A DNA stretch of 64,000 nt from Felis catus. Taxonomy: Eukaryota. Within the stretch, counting starts at the first letter, position 1; every line of letters begins with the position of its first letter. The notes below the pieces were generated by a model, which was not told the DNA's origin, did not search any database, and saw nothing but the letters and a program-made list of their open reading frames with translations. The stretch is taken from assembly GCF_018350175.1 (NCBI RefSeq), contig NC_058368.1:66776001-66840000 (forward strand). The letters run 5' to 3'. Made by a program: the position numbers and the translations under genes. This document shows positions 1-13,282 of the stretch, piece by piece.

Positions 1-59
1 ACACTTTATTTTGATTATTTGAAGCCAGGTGTTGATAAGTACGGATGTGCTTGTTCAAT

Positions 60-165
60 CTCTTTATATTCTATATCAAGAAGCTGAGACCCAGAGAATT
101 TGAATGACTTACTAGTAGTTACACAGCCAGTTAGAGACAGGGCTAGAATAAGAGCCAATATCCCT
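60..165 (-). mobile_element. MIR fragment
   Basis: Degenerate antisense MIR core (gaagctgagacccagagaatttgaatgactt...acacagccag). Confidence 0.55.
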
Positions 166-829
166 ATGTCCTTTCCATTCTGTTGCATTGCAATGCCCAT
201 CTACCTTTTTATTTGAATACGTTTTTAATTCAAAATTATTCGCTGTTGGACTGGGTGGAAATAAATCTGGGCTTCCGGGCTTTTACTATAAATCTGCTAT
301 TAGAAAAATTAGCACCTCCCTAGACTGTTTTCCAAAATGTGTTTTAACATGCTTCTTCAGCTTAAAGTATTTTATGTCAGGGTTAAGAGAGGCAGGAACT
401 CTTGGTCAATATTATTATTATCTTAGAGAAATCCAGGTTATTAACTCTCACTTTGCACCTAGCAAGGCATCTAGTTATAAAAAAAAAATCACAACTTAAA
501 ACTTTTTCAAAAAATCACAAAAACGTGTGAAAAAATCTCTTTTTTGGCACTTTGGATGGTGATAACACAGCTTTCCTTTCAACCACATGCATGAAATTTC
601 TGACAAATTTAGGATAGTTTGGCAGTTCATTTCAAAGCTGTTGGTGTCTGGACCGTGGAGGATGTGATTATGGGACCTAAAATCATATTGTAAAATGTTA
701 CATAATGATCTTGTTTGCAAAAATTCAGCTTAGTTTGCCTTTCCCAAGTTGGAAACACTGAACTTAATAATGGATACAAATATAAAGGGTCAGTTACGTA
801 TCGCTTTCCATTTGCCCATTCCAGAGCTG

Positions 830-1000
830 TTTATTTATGATTCAATTACTTTACCATTTCCCTCAATGTGTCAGATTCGGGACTAAGGATAAGGATGAAT
901 GAAACACATTGTCTCTACCTTCAGGAATGTAGAGTACATAAACTTGAGCACAGTTACAAGAGACGGATTATTATGCACGTTGGGAAAGTATGACAAGGAC
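830..1000 (-). mobile_element. L2 3' fragment
   Basis: Resembles the antisense L2 3' end (gatgaatgaaacacattgtctctaccttcaggaatgtagagt). Confidence 0.4.
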
Positions 1001-1490
1001 TGAGAAGACAGACGCCTTTAAGACCTAGAGAATTAGGAAAAGGGGGAAGTGTAAATAGTGGGAAGAGTAAAAACCATGTTTTCCTCTCTCTGTTTGAAGG
1101 ACCTTCCATTTCCTCCCACTCTGGACTAGGGCCAAATTGTCTCTGACTACGACAGACAAACACAGAACTATCCTTCCGTGCCTCCTCCTTTCCGCTGTCT
1201 CAGGGAGTGTGACACTCACTCCCTCACCCCGTGCATGCTCCTGGCTCCGTCCATTTCATTTTCCAGGTCCCCTTGGAGTCTCTTTGTTCTTTCTCTCCTC
1301 CTCTTCCTCTCTCCTTCTCCTTTCTCTTCTTCCTACTACAAATACAAATGACAATACAAACAACAGGTTAAAATGTTAAAGTGATTTTTGAAAATAAAAT
1401 TACATAAAATTATATTAAAAAGTATAAATGATATATAAAAGTAATCCCTTCCTTTCAGCTTTTAAACAATGTTTAAAATATGTAATGTTC

Positions 1491-1696
1491 AGGAAGCCTG
1501 GGTGGCTCAGTCAGTTGAGCGTCTGACTTCAGCTCAGGTCATGATCTCAGGGCTCCTAAGTTCCAGCCGCACGTCGGGCTCTGTGCTGACAGGTCAGAGC
1601 CCAGAGCCTGCTTCAGATTCTATGTCTCCCTCTCTCTCTGCCCCTTCCCCGCTCGTGCTCTGTCTCTCAAAAATAAATAGACATTAAAAAAATTTT
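1491..1696 (+). mobile_element. CAN-SINE (feliform SINEC)
   Basis: A box TGGCTCAGTCAG, CT-rich tract, AATAAA/A tail; TSD AATATGTAAT(G/A)TTC at 1477-1490 and 1697-1710. Confidence 0.95.
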
Positions 1697-2114
1697 AATA
1701 TGTAATATTCAATATGTATGAAAGAATATGTGTAATGCAAATCCACAAATAAAATAAACCTGTGAAATCCACCCAACCCAAGAAATGGAATTCTGACCAC
1801 GTTCCTCTTCCCCATCCAGAGGCAATCATAATTCTTAGTTTTGTAGCCATCGTTCCCTTGCTTGTCTTGATTGATATGAGTGCATAAAGAATACATTTTA
1901 AAAGTTTGGTTGTTTTTGAGATTTAGAAAATAATATCAAACTCTGTGCTATCTTCTGCTACTTGGTTTTATCCTTGCCATTATATTTCTAAGATTTCATT
2001 CATGTTGGAATTCATAGTTGTAGCTTATTCAACCTCCCTGCAGTATAGTATCCACCATGGGAATATATCATAATTTATTTCTTTTCTCTTTGAAGAACAT
2101 TTGCGTGCTGTGTG

Positions 2115-2162
2115 TCTATCTGTTTATCTATCTATCATCTATCTATCTATCTATCTATCTAT
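2115..2162. repeat. Imperfect (TCTA)n microsatellite
   Basis: Visible tandem TCTA units. Confidence 0.9.
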
Positions 2163-2570
2163 TTTTCTATCCATTTATTCATCCATCTTTACAAACAGGG
2201 CTGCTGTGAACATTCTTGTACATTTCTCCTGAAGCATCTTTTTTCCAGGGTATATACACATTTTCTTTAGGGCATATACCTAAGATTAGAACTGGGTCAT
2301 AAAGCTCATGCCTAGTCAACTTTACAAAAATAATACTACCTTGTTTTCCAAAATGTTTTTTGAATCTTTACCTCTTCCACATTGTTCTACTTCCTCACAA
2401 ATGCTAGGCATTGTCAACTTTTTTATTTTTGCCAACCCAACAGTTACAAAACAGTATCTCATTGTGTTCTTAATTTGTGTTTCCCTTATTACAAGTAAGG
2501 AGGAGTCGTCTTTGTACTTATTCACCATTTTAAAAGTTCTTTATAAATTCAAGTTATTAATTCCTTTTTT

Positions 2571-2787
2571 AAAATTTATTTGTTATTATTTATTTCGAGA
2601 GAAAGAGAGACAACACATGCAAGCAGGGGAGGAGCAGAGAGAGAGGGAGACATAGAATCTGAAGCAGGCTCCAGGCTCTGAGCTGTCAGCACAGAGCCCC
2701 ACGCGGGGCTGGAACTCACCAACCACAAGATCATGACTTGAACTGACATCAAAAAGTTGGACGCTTAACCGAGCCAGCCAGGTGCCC
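2571..2787 (-). mobile_element. CAN-SINE
   Basis: Antisense SINEC body; TSD TTATTAATTCCTTTTTT at 2554-2570 and 2788-2804. Confidence 0.95.
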
Positions 2788-4261
2788 TTATTAATTCCTT
2801 TTTTTGATAAATATGCTACAAATAGCTTACCTCTCCCCACTCCCTGGTTAGTGGCTTCTGTTTTCACTTTCTTTACAATTAAATGACTAGAAATTAATTT
2901 TAATTTAGCCCAATTTATAAGTCTTTTTCTATTCTTGATGAGTGCTTTTCATTTCTTTCAAAGCAAATTCTTCTGCTCCTTAAGATCATAAAGGTGTTTT
3001 ATATTTTATTCTGATAACATTAAAGTTTTGTATTTAACATCTACTCTATATAACATTTATTTTTGTGCATGGCATAAAATAGAGATCCAATTTCTTAGTA
3101 GTTTATTAATTGACTAGTGACTATTTCCTTCATTTTTCTATTAATCTGTGGTACCACATCTAGTTTTCATATAGATGTGAGGCTGTTTCTAAAGGATCCT
3201 TTATTCAGTTGCATTGGTGGGTTTTTTTTTTTTCCTATCTCTGTTCTATTCCATTACTGTCTGAATTACTACAACTTTGTCTTAATAAGTCAGGTAGGAA
3301 AATTCTCCCCCCCCCCACCCTATCCTGAGAATACTGTTCTTCAGAAGGATTTTAGCTGCTCCTGGCTCTTTGTTATTCTATACAGATTTTAGGAGCAGTT
3401 TGTTATGTAGATCAAGTAATTCTATTGGAGTATTGATGGAGATTGCTTTGAATTTATAGATTAACTTAGAGAATTGATACATTCATGATCTTGAACTCTT
3501 CCTACCTATGAATATAATACATCTTACCATTTATCTATTTAAGTTTTATACATTTTTAATAGATTTTCTCTATTTCTTATTATTGTAAGTGATGTGGCAT
3601 TTTTTTAAATTAGGGTTTCTAATTAGAGTTACCAAGTTATTAAAAGGCATTAAAAATGTTTGATCTTATATACAGCCCCTCCATAAACGCCCTTATTAGT
3701 TCTAGCAATTTGTAGATTCTTTTGAGTTTTCTATGTATGGAATCATATCATTAGTGAGAGCTTTATTTCTTCTCTTTCCATCTTTTTAAAATTTTATTTC
3801 TTTACCTTGTCTTATAGCTCTGGTTAGGGCCTCTAGTAAATGTTGAATGTTGAGTTTAAATCATGATAATTACCTTCCTTCTCTTGTTTCTACTTTTAAA
3901 GATGTTTTAAATATTTTGTTCTTATAAAAAATGTTCACAACAAGTTTTTGACAGAGACCTTTTACGAGGATCTTTTTGTAAGATATAGGAAGTTTTCTTA
4001 TATTCTTATTTGACTAAGATTTTTTCCCCACCCTTTAGCACGAATAGGTATTTTGTTATTTTCAAAGCTATAATGAGAATAATTTCAATAATGAAATTTC
4101 TATGTTAAATTAATTGCACATTTGGGGGACAAATTCAATTTATTCATAATGTATTTGCATTGTGTAGGATTTTCATCTGTGTTTATAAGTGAGACAGGTT
4201 AGTGACTTTCATTTTTTATACTAATCTTATTCAAGTTTTTAATTTAAAGTCTTCTAGCCTA

Positions 4262-4494
4262 GGGGTGCCTGGGTGGCTCAGGCGGTGAAGCGTCTGACTT
4301 CAGCTCAGGTCATGATCTCACAGTTTGTGGGTTCGAGCCCCGTGACAGGCTTTGTGCAGACAGCTCAGAGCCTGGAGCCTGCTTCAGATTCTGTCTCTCT
4401 GTCTCTCTGTCTCTCTGTTCCCTTCCCCTGCTCACACTCTGTCTCTGTCTCTCTCTCAAAAATAAATAAACTTTAAAAAAATAATAATAAAAAT
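4262..4494 (+). mobile_element. CAN-SINE
   Basis: GGGGTGCCTGGGTGGCTCAG head, B box GGTTCGAGCC; degenerate TSD AAAGYCTWCTAGCCTA. Confidence 0.95.
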
Positions 4495-4624
4495 AAAGCC
4501 TACTAGCCTAATCAGAAAATTGGACAATAGTTCCTCTTGCCTTTTCCCTGGAAAAATTGGTTTAAAATTGAAATGAAACCTGTTACTGGAAAGTCTGGTG
4601 TAATTCAATTCACAAAAATTATCT

Positions 4625-4803
4625 GGGGCACCTGGGTGGATCAGTCAGTTGAGCGTCCCACTCGATTTCAGCTCAGGTCATGATCCCAGGGTCAGGGGAT
4701 CAGCCCTGTGTTGGGCTCCCCACTGAGCGTGGAGCCTGCTTAAGATTCTCTCTCTACCTCCTCTGTCCCTCTTCTCTGCTCTCTATCTCTAAAAAAAAAA
4801 AAA
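4625..4803 (+). mobile_element. CAN-SINE (older, shorter type)
   Basis: SINEC head, CT tract, poly-A; TSD AAAATTATCTGG. Confidence 0.9.
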
Positions 4804-5950
4804 ATTATCTGGACTCGATGTTTCTGTGTGGGAAAAAAGCCTTAAGTTACTATTCATATTCTTTAATAATTGCAGGACATTTTGCCCTTTCTAGTCTCTT
4901 TGAGTCAGATATTCTAAGTTACATTTTTGAAAGATGTATACAATCACATCCACGTTTTCAAATATGTTGATAAAATTGTTCTTAGTATTCTCTTATGTTC
5001 TTCGGAATTTCTTCTTACATCTGTAGTTATGTCCCCCTTTCAGTCCTAATATTTTTAACTTGTACCTTCTTTCTCTTTTCCTTGAATAATTCTACCAGAG
5101 GTCTGTCAATTTTATTAGTCTTTCCAAAGAACCAACTTTTGGCTTTGTTGATCCTTGTTTTCATTAATTTTTGCTCTTACCTTTACCATATACTTCCTTC
5201 CACTTTGGGAGGGTGGGATAATTTTACTATTATTTTTCTAACTTAAATTGGATTCTTATGCCTTTAATTCTCAGCCTTTGGTTCTTTCTAATACAAGCAT
5301 TTAAAACTATAACTGATAGAAAATATGCCTTTTCACTAGCGCTACTTTTCTGCGGTCTAGATTTTGTGTATGTGTGCCTTCGACGGCTCCCATTTTATTC
5401 TTTAAGAAAAACCTTGTTTATGGTAGATTTTAACCATATAAAAGAGGAGATACTGAACATAGTAACGAAAAGTAGGCAATGAATTACTTGGTCAGTAATT
5501 TGCTGACCCCTGCTCTAGACTCAGGGCTGCCAAAAGCTGCAGGGAATATTTCACATGTGCCCAAGGATATCGAAAAGAAGAAATTAGGAGCCAGATGGAA
5601 ATCATCAATGCAAAGTCCGGGAGAGAGATGGTCCACCAATTACCCTCCAACAGGAAAATCTGGGGGTTGACAACTACTGAAGACAACACTCCCTCTTAAG
5701 TCTATTGTCGTAGTGGGTAGCAGAAGACTTGGGGTGTCCCCCAACTTGCAAAGCATTACAGTCGCTAAGGTTGTAAACCCAAGTTCCTTCTTCTGAAAAG
5801 GATGACAAAGATGACAACATCAGCAACAGATTAGAGGCACGGAACTGAAAGACCTCTTGGTAACAATCCAAAGCATGAACAGGAGCTCATTCCCCAGTCC
5901 TTATTCCCCCAGCTTTGTCCATTTCTGTTTTGTGCCATTGCTTTAATCAA

Positions 5951-6181
5951 ATTTTTATGTTTTTATAAGTTTTTTTAATGTTTATTTTTGAGAGAGAGAG
6001 AGAGAGAGACAGAGCGTGAGTGGAGGAGGGAAAGAGAGAGAGGAAGACACAGAATCTGAAGCAGGCTCCGGGCTCTGAGCTGTCAGTACAGAGCTCGTTG
6101 TGGGGTTTGAACCCACGGAACATGAGATCATGACCTGAACCGAAGCTGGACGCTTAACCGACAGAGCCACCCAGGTGCCCC
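5951..6181 (-). mobile_element. CAN-SINE
   Basis: Antisense body ending CCACCCAGGTGCCCC; degenerate TSD TGCCAT(T/G)GCTTTAA. Confidence 0.95.
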
Positions 6182-6434
6182 TGTCTGCCATGGCTTTAAA
6201 AAACATATAAATATACACACAAAATGCAAGTCTCCACTTCTCTGGTAAATGGCATACTTCTTACACTTGTCTCCACTGTAACCTCAACAGTATAGCCTAG
6301 CAACCACCCCACAGCAGTATATAGAAACGTTCTTTATTCCAGTTTAATATCTAACTCTTGTGGTATGGCTTTACATAGTTCATTTGACCAGTCCAGCATC
6401 AGTGGACATTCGCTATCACAAATATAGTCCACTA

Positions 6435-6860
6435 ATAATAGCCATAACTATTATTGGTCCGTACTTGAATGTGTCAGGACTATGCATTTTACATGTTTCA
6501 TCCCATTTAATTCTTGCCTCCCCCCAAATGTTTATTTTGAGAGAGAGAAAGTGTGTGTATGAGTGGGGGAGGGGGCAGAGAACCCCAAGCAGGCTCCGTG
6601 CTGTCAGTGCAGAGCCTGATGCAGGGTTCGATCCCGCAAACCGTGAGATCATGACCTGAGTGGAAACCAAGAGTCAGGTGCGTAACCAACTCAGCCACTG
6701 AGGTGCCCCTCATCCCATTTAAATCTTAGAGCTATCTCATAAGAAGGGCTTATGACCTCCCCTTTACAGGTAAAGAAACTGAGGTCTGGAGAGGTTAAAT
6801 ACCATGCCAAAGGTCAAGTAGCTGTAGGAAGCAGAGTAGAAACATGTAACGTCATGACTG
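6435..6860 (-). mobile_element. MIR split by a CAN-SINE
   Basis: Antisense MIR (tttacaggtaaagaaactgaggtctggagaggttaaata) continues across the SINE at 6516-6709. Confidence 0.75.
6516..6709 (-). mobile_element. CAN-SINE
   Basis: Antisense body; TSD TCATCCCATTTAA(T/A)TCTT at 6498-6515 and 6710-6727. Confidence 0.93.
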
Positions 6861-7099
6861 TGTTCTTGGGCCTGCTTCCTCCTCCTGATTCAGGCCCATG
6901 GTGGTGAGCAGAGGAGACCAGGATCCTCTTTCTCTGATCCTCGCAAGCTTCATGGCACCAGCTCACATTTTTTGGCAAATGGATCAAAACCCAGCTTTCT
7001 ACCTCTTCCAGCTTCCAGCCCTCAGGTGGGAGTGGATTTGTTAAGCAGCTGCACAAGGTTTGGAAAGTTGCCCAGGATGCCCTCACCCCCTGTCTCCTG

Positions 7100-7100
<1 letters not shown>

Positions 7101-7136
<36 letters not shown>
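7101..7136. repeat. (CA)18 microsatellite
   Basis: Perfect CA run. Confidence 0.97.
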
Positions 7137-7139
<3 letters not shown>

Positions 7140-7400
7140 CAGGTGTCCTACTTCATCTGCATTCTTCCAGGGCACTCCTTCGGGAACAGCAGGAGCCAGA
7201 GGGCTGAGCTCACTCTCCCTTTTAAAGTCAGGGGCCCACTGACTCAGTGGAAGGGAAAGGGTCCCACATAAATTCTCTTTACACTGAATTTGCCTATTTA
7301 ATGTATAGTATTTTAAGGGAGTTACTTTATACTTAGCCAATTTATTTAATCCGAGTAGAACCAGGTTAAACCAAAAGCAGTTTCACTGTGATTAGAATTT

Positions 7401-7629
7401 TAAAAATTTGTTTAAAGTTTATTTATTTTGAGAGAGAGAGAAAGCGTGCACATGCACACATGCAAGTGGAGAAGAGACAGCAAGAGGGAGAGAGAGAATC
7501 CCAAGCAGGTTCCACCCTGTCAGTGCGGAGCCTGAAAGGTGGGAGGAGGGGGGGGCTCAATGCTGAGATTGTGATCTGAGCTGAAACCAAGAGTCAGAAG
7601 CTCGACCGACTGAGTGACCCAGGGGCCCC
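7401..7629 (-). mobile_element. CAN-SINE (diverged)
   Basis: Antisense SINEC body, T-rich tail, short TSD ATTAG(A/T)ATTTT. Confidence 0.9.
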
Positions 7630-8487
7630 TTTATTAGTATTTTCTAATATTCTGAATTCAATGTTTCAAAGGGTCTGGGTTTGTATAATTTACTTCTGTG
7701 AAATGTCTAGAAGGATGTCCTCAGGAAGTTGAAATTCTGCCCTGGGAGGAACGGCGGAAGGAATCGTGGGAGGTTTTTCAGCAGGAGGGGATGGCTGTCT
7801 CCCCTAGAACATAACCACCTTATCTCCCATGCGTTGGAGCGGTGTGAAAATCTCTCATGAACAAAGACAGGATATGAATTCAACCCATAATTTGAAAGAC
7901 AAGTATATCAGATGAAAAGTGATCTAAACAGTATTATTATATTCTACTATTATCATTGTTCTTCCGTGTAGCTGGAAGATTTAAATCTAACCTATCTTTT
8001 TTTCTTTATGTTCACAAATACCCAGGAGGGAGGGAGGTGGTAGATGCTAGCATTCCCATCATTTCCTAAACAGCATTTGAATTAAAAAATACCAGCCCCC
8101 TCCTTGTCTGACAGGGACCTGGAGTTTAGATTAACATCTCTAAATTGCTTTAGGTTTCCCAGAGATAGGCGGTAGATAAACATAAGGTATTATTATTATT
8201 ATTATCACAGTGTCATTATGTTATTGTAATTGTGTGGGTTCGCCCATAAAGCTACACAGGATGGGATCCTGGCCTGGATTCCTCTAGGGCTTTGAGCCTG
8301 GATGAAAGGCACATACATGCTGCTTCGTGTTAGTATCATCATTGGGATTACTGTTGCATTTACGATTATTGAACAATGAATCAATATTCAAATTTATCTC
8401 AACAATTCTCCAATGTTTTACATGTTTCCTGTGTGATGGCAAGAGGGTGCTCTTCCACATCTGTTTGAGGGTCTGGGGTAAGAGAGC

Positions 8488-8525
8488 GCCCTGAGCTTCT
8501 GACGTTGCCCTGAGCTTCTGACGTC
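8488..8525. repeat. 19-bp tandem duplication (GCCCTGAGCTTCTGACGTY x2)
   Basis: Two adjacent copies, identical over 18 of 19 bp. Confidence 0.9.
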
Positions 8526-11500
8526 GCCTGGGGCCAAGAGAGAAGGGTTTGAATCCCTGTGGGGCCAGAGCCCGGGGATATGGGCGGGGCCCCAGGCTCT
8601 GTGACAGCCACACTCACATAAGCCATTTTGGCTAAAACCGACTTTGAGTGACTCTTCTGTCACATTTACCACCTTTAGGAGCCACAGATGGCTATTCTGG
8701 AAAAGATTAAGGCGGGATCCATTTCAAACAGAGGAAGGAAGAAGAGATGGAAAGCCAAACGGCACACGAGAGAATCACTTTCTAAGATTACAGTAGTTGA
8801 TCCATCACTAAATAGACCAGCTGGTAAACTTGTACAGTTTATTTGAGGAAGGTATTAATAAATCCAAAGATTTATGTTACCGGTAATGAAAATTTTAGTT
8901 GGAAGTTTGTGAGTTTGGAACCTGTCTTAGTTTATCGTGCTGTATTCTGACAATGTCACGCTCAAAGGTCATTTTCATTCTGTTGCATTGTTTTTTCCCC
9001 AGTGACTTCTACCGTTACTAATCTCTCAACTGTGGTTATAGGTAGGGCCACAATTATTTACATGAAAGCCTCACCCTTAAGGTTTGTTTGTTTGTTTGTT
9101 TTAATCTCCTCCACTGAAGGTCCAATGTTTTAGACTACTGGAAAAATCTGAAAAAAGGCGTAATTTGTAAATGTAAGAGGTTGGCTCCCTGCATCCACTT
9201 CCCATCCCATAGTTGTAGTTCTTTGCCGGGCTAAATATCATCACTTTTAAATGAAAGGAAAACCTCCTAACTGATGAGCCAGCTGTTCATCGAAATTTTT
9301 ACATCTATTCAGACCTGAGACTGATACAGTTCTACATGATTTATGAAACGAGTTTGTAATAACAGAGTTATTCATACTCTCTTACTGTTTCATGATTGGT
9401 TCTCAGGATGATATTTCATATGGTGCTGAGACCGTCCTAGAGGGGGAAGGTATTCTGTCCTTGTCTGAGATGCTCCCGGCTCTGTCTGTGGAAAGGCACA
9501 TCTACACCAGGGTGCCGAGAAGGGGATGATGCGTGGTTGCGTGCAGAGCTTGGCTTTGGGTGCAAATACTTGAATACAAAAGCAACTGGGACTTGAACTG
9601 CTATTTCTCACAGAATTTGTGGGAGCATTTCATGTGCAACTACAGGATACAGCTGGTCTGGCCACGGTTTTGTGTGGCTGAGTGCTTAGGCCGGCACTTT
9701 ATTATCAGAACAGAACAAATCTAGGCCGATGCGCGTGGTATAAAGAATCCCAGGGAGCCTCTGCGCCTCATTCTCCGGCCATTCTTTCCAGTTTTTCTGC
9801 TGTTGCACTCCGGATAATTGCAGTTTAATTGGGTGACATGAAATGAAAACTGTGTCCACATTATCCAGGATTATCTCTTTTTCCTGAAGCCTGCCACCAG
9901 TTGAAAGGAGCCCATTTATCAGACCAAAGAGCTGCGCTCGGCTGCTTTTACGAGCAGGGAAGAGTGTGGGAACAGGCTGGGAAAGGGAGAAAGGGAGCTG
10001 ACAGCTAAGAAAAATTATTTCAGTTGTTTATCACGAGGAAAGTTTATCTGATCCTTTACAAAACGATATGGAGGCTGGCGTGTCGAGCCATGAGTAATGA
10101 ACATTGACCAAGTTTGCTTCCTCAACTGGTCGGACCCAGCACTGCCTCTCTTTTGTGTGGGCACAGATCAACTTTAAAAGCTTCTTTCAGGCAGCATGAA
10201 TGCACTTCATTTTACCAAAAAGAACTTTGTATTGATAGCTAGAAAAAAGGAAGGTTGTTTAAAAAGGAAGGGTAGACAATCGGGACAAAATAAGGAGGTT
10301 TCAATTTCTATTATGAGCATGCCGTCCATTCTTCTCATTTGTTTATACACCCCCCCCCCCCCCGTGCAATAACGTCTCTTTGCAGTCATATGCTTCCTCT
10401 TTTATACTATTCATGTTGAAAAAGCCCTCACATCATGACCACGGTAATAAATACCATAGAAATGTGAGTATAATGTCAATTTGAATTCTGTGAGAAGACC
10501 AAGGTAAACCTAAGGGCCAGAAGAATATTCTGCTAATGCTCATTCATCATGCTCCAGACCCAGGTAAAAGAAGGGCCTTGTCACAACGCCGCGAACCCCT
10601 TCTGTTGCTATTGCGTTCGTGTGAACATTTTAGCCTAATGCACCAATTGTTAAGGAGAAAGAGCAGTCTTTGAAATTGTCTATTGCACTCAAATCCCTAG
10701 CCGCACAAGGTCTGGGCAGGAGGCGTTTCTATTCAGAAGGAAATAGAAGGCTTTAGTTCAGTAAGCACAGTGTGGCTGAAGGTTACGGAGGATATTGTAC
10801 ATGTTTTAAATGAAAGTATTCGAATGGGGGGAAACTCATTATCTGTAATGGCAACAGTGAATATGAAGTCAGCATCTGGCGAAACAGTGCGATATGCAGC
10901 TGAAGTCCTTGTGTTTGGACCTATTCATCAATGGCGGGTGGACGTCAGGATGCCCTGAACGTGCAAGGTGGAGACTTTTTTCTGTTCAAAAATAAACACT
11001 CTGTCACACATCTGAGTTATTTGGCAGATGTACGTTGTGGTATCACGCACACAGACTCGGTATTCTCCGTAACGTCTGATGTTCCAGAGGAAAGGTTGCA
11101 AGTGAATACGAAAGATCAAAATTAGATATTATACATGATATGCATGTTATGAAAATTAGATATTATACGTATTATGAATGGATTATCACTTCTGTTCATA
11201 TACGTATTGAGATCCTAGAACTCAGTAACCCCCACAACTCTGGACTCCCGCTCCTCTCAGAACAGATGTTCAAGTGTCAGTAATGTTCCCAAAGCAATGA
11301 CTTTCTATAGGATTTAGATGGTCTTTGTGTTTTCTGTACTGATCAGAGTAAATGTTTAGAGAAGCAGGCATTTGGAGGACAGCTGTAATTCCCCTAAGGC
11401 TATCTTTTTCCGCTATCTTTTTAAAAATTATTGGATAAAGATATCGTCTTAACACAACACTTTGTGACACTTTTGAACGAGAGGAATGATTTATAAAATT

Positions 11501-11924
11501 TTTATTACAGTTTCTTATTCTCATTCTAGCCCACCCCCTTAAGAAGTTTAAATACAAATCTTTTTTTTCCTGATTTTTCCCCCTTCTCCTGCATCTGTGC
11601 TGTATATTCTCAGATATGTTCCCAGGGCCTCTCTTTCCTCTCACTGACTTCACTTTCCATTTGAATTATTATCTTTTTCATGCTTATTTTGAATAATGTG
11701 TGATTTATCCAGAAGGAAAAAAGCTATATGTCTATTATATCTCATTAAAACTGGGAAAAGGAAGAAATCACATTTAATTTTTGCCAAAAAGCATGAGCAC
11801 AAACCAACTCTACTGAAATCTCTTGAATCTCACCATATGTAGAAAACCTCAAATAAAATGAGAATTTGATGGGGCTTTTCTGTGTGCTAAGAGAATAGAC
11901 ACACCACATATTATTATCATCTTT

Positions 11925-12136
11925 AAAAAGGTTTTTTAACGTTTACTTATTTTTGAGAGAGAGACAGAGCATGAGTGACAGAGGCACAGAGACAGAGGGA
12001 GACACAGAGTCCGAAGCAGGCTCCAGGCTCTGCGCTGTCAGTACAGAGCCCGATGTGGGGCTCGAACTCAGGGACTGTGAGATCATGACCTGAGCCGAAG
12101 TCGGACACTTAACAGTCTGAGCCACCCAGGCGCCTC
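11925..12136 (-). mobile_element. CAN-SINE
   Basis: Antisense SINEC body ending GCCACCCAGGCGCC; short TSD TCATCTT. Confidence 0.95.
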
Positions 12137-13159
12137 TCATCTTATTTTAAAGTTTCAACTTATTCCCTTGTTCTTAAAAAGAATCTACTAGTCCATATGG
12201 CACATTTACAGCCATAACCCAAAGCAAGGAAGTTTGACATGAGGTTATTTTAAAAGGATCCATTCACTGCTTTCCAAATACAGAAGAAGTCATGTCTGCT
12301 TGACTCGTTTTTGTTCCTCTGGCAGAAATGACAAATACACACACACAGGCAGAGAGAACCCCACGTCAGGCTGATTTATAAAAGCCCAGAGATGGGCGTC
12401 GTGCAATCGGAAACCTATTTGTCAAATAGCCATGCCTACTTACCCTGTCTTCCTCCCAGTCCGCACGGAAGACATCTCGGATTAGGCTTATAACAAACAC
12501 TGGAATGCTTTTCTTTATGTTGGATATCAGAACTCTGGACGTATGCTCAAATACACTTATCCTCTGAAAAAGAGGCGGGTACGAAATCGCAAAAAGTGAG
12601 GATGTCACACACACGGCACAGAATGACAGCACGTACGTGTAGGATTATGGCCCATCAAGGCAGCAAAAAGAATCACATACGTTGGGAGCATAGACCTGGG
12701 TGACATACTTCTGTGTGTTCCCACGTGGGAAGGATATATAAAAAGAAAAGAATGAATCATAACAAAACAAGACGTAACAAAGCAATCAGGCCCAGAAATT
12801 CTAGAAAACTCAAAAGGCTGAGTGAGAGGGACCCGGCTTTCCCGCCCACTTGCTCTCTGTGTGGGTTTTAGCCAAATACTGAGCCGTATTATATTTACCA
12901 TTTTCATGCAGTTACCCATTCAAAGCTCAGCTGGGAGTAGAACACAAATATCATTTTTTGAATCTGGATAAGGAGACAAAAAAAAAATAATAGGTGTGTT
13001 TTCATGCAACCGTAAGGTAACGATTATCAAAGAAATTATCTGAGGGTCTAGGAAGTCACTCCAGATGGTCCCCTAGGGACGTGGACCCCATATACAGGTG
13101 CAACAAAACAAATCCAAGAGGGACTCTCTAAAAGAAGTACTGGGAATGAAACCAAAACC

Positions 13160-13282
13160 AGCTAACACTTACTGAAAGCTTGCTATGCTAAGTAAGCACT
13201 TTACCTGCCTCATCTCACCACAACCCAAAGTCACAGGTATTAAGCCATTGAGGGGTGAAATGATTTGTTCCAGGTAACAGAA
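13160..13282 (-). mobile_element. MIR fragment
   Basis: gctaacacttactgaaagcttgctatgctaagtaagcactttac... resembles the antisense MIR 3' end. Confidence 0.55.

Larger units (their letters stand above)
1760..5310 (-). mobile_element. Old L1 (L1M/L1ME-type) 3' UTR and ORF2 remnant, interrupted by three SINEs and a (TCTA)n
   Basis: T-rich plus strand with antisense L1 hallmarks: gctgctgtgaacattcttgtaca, gtatctcattgtg, ttgctttgaatttatagattaacttagagaattga, caattttattagtctttccaaagaaccaacttttgg. Confidence 0.8.
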
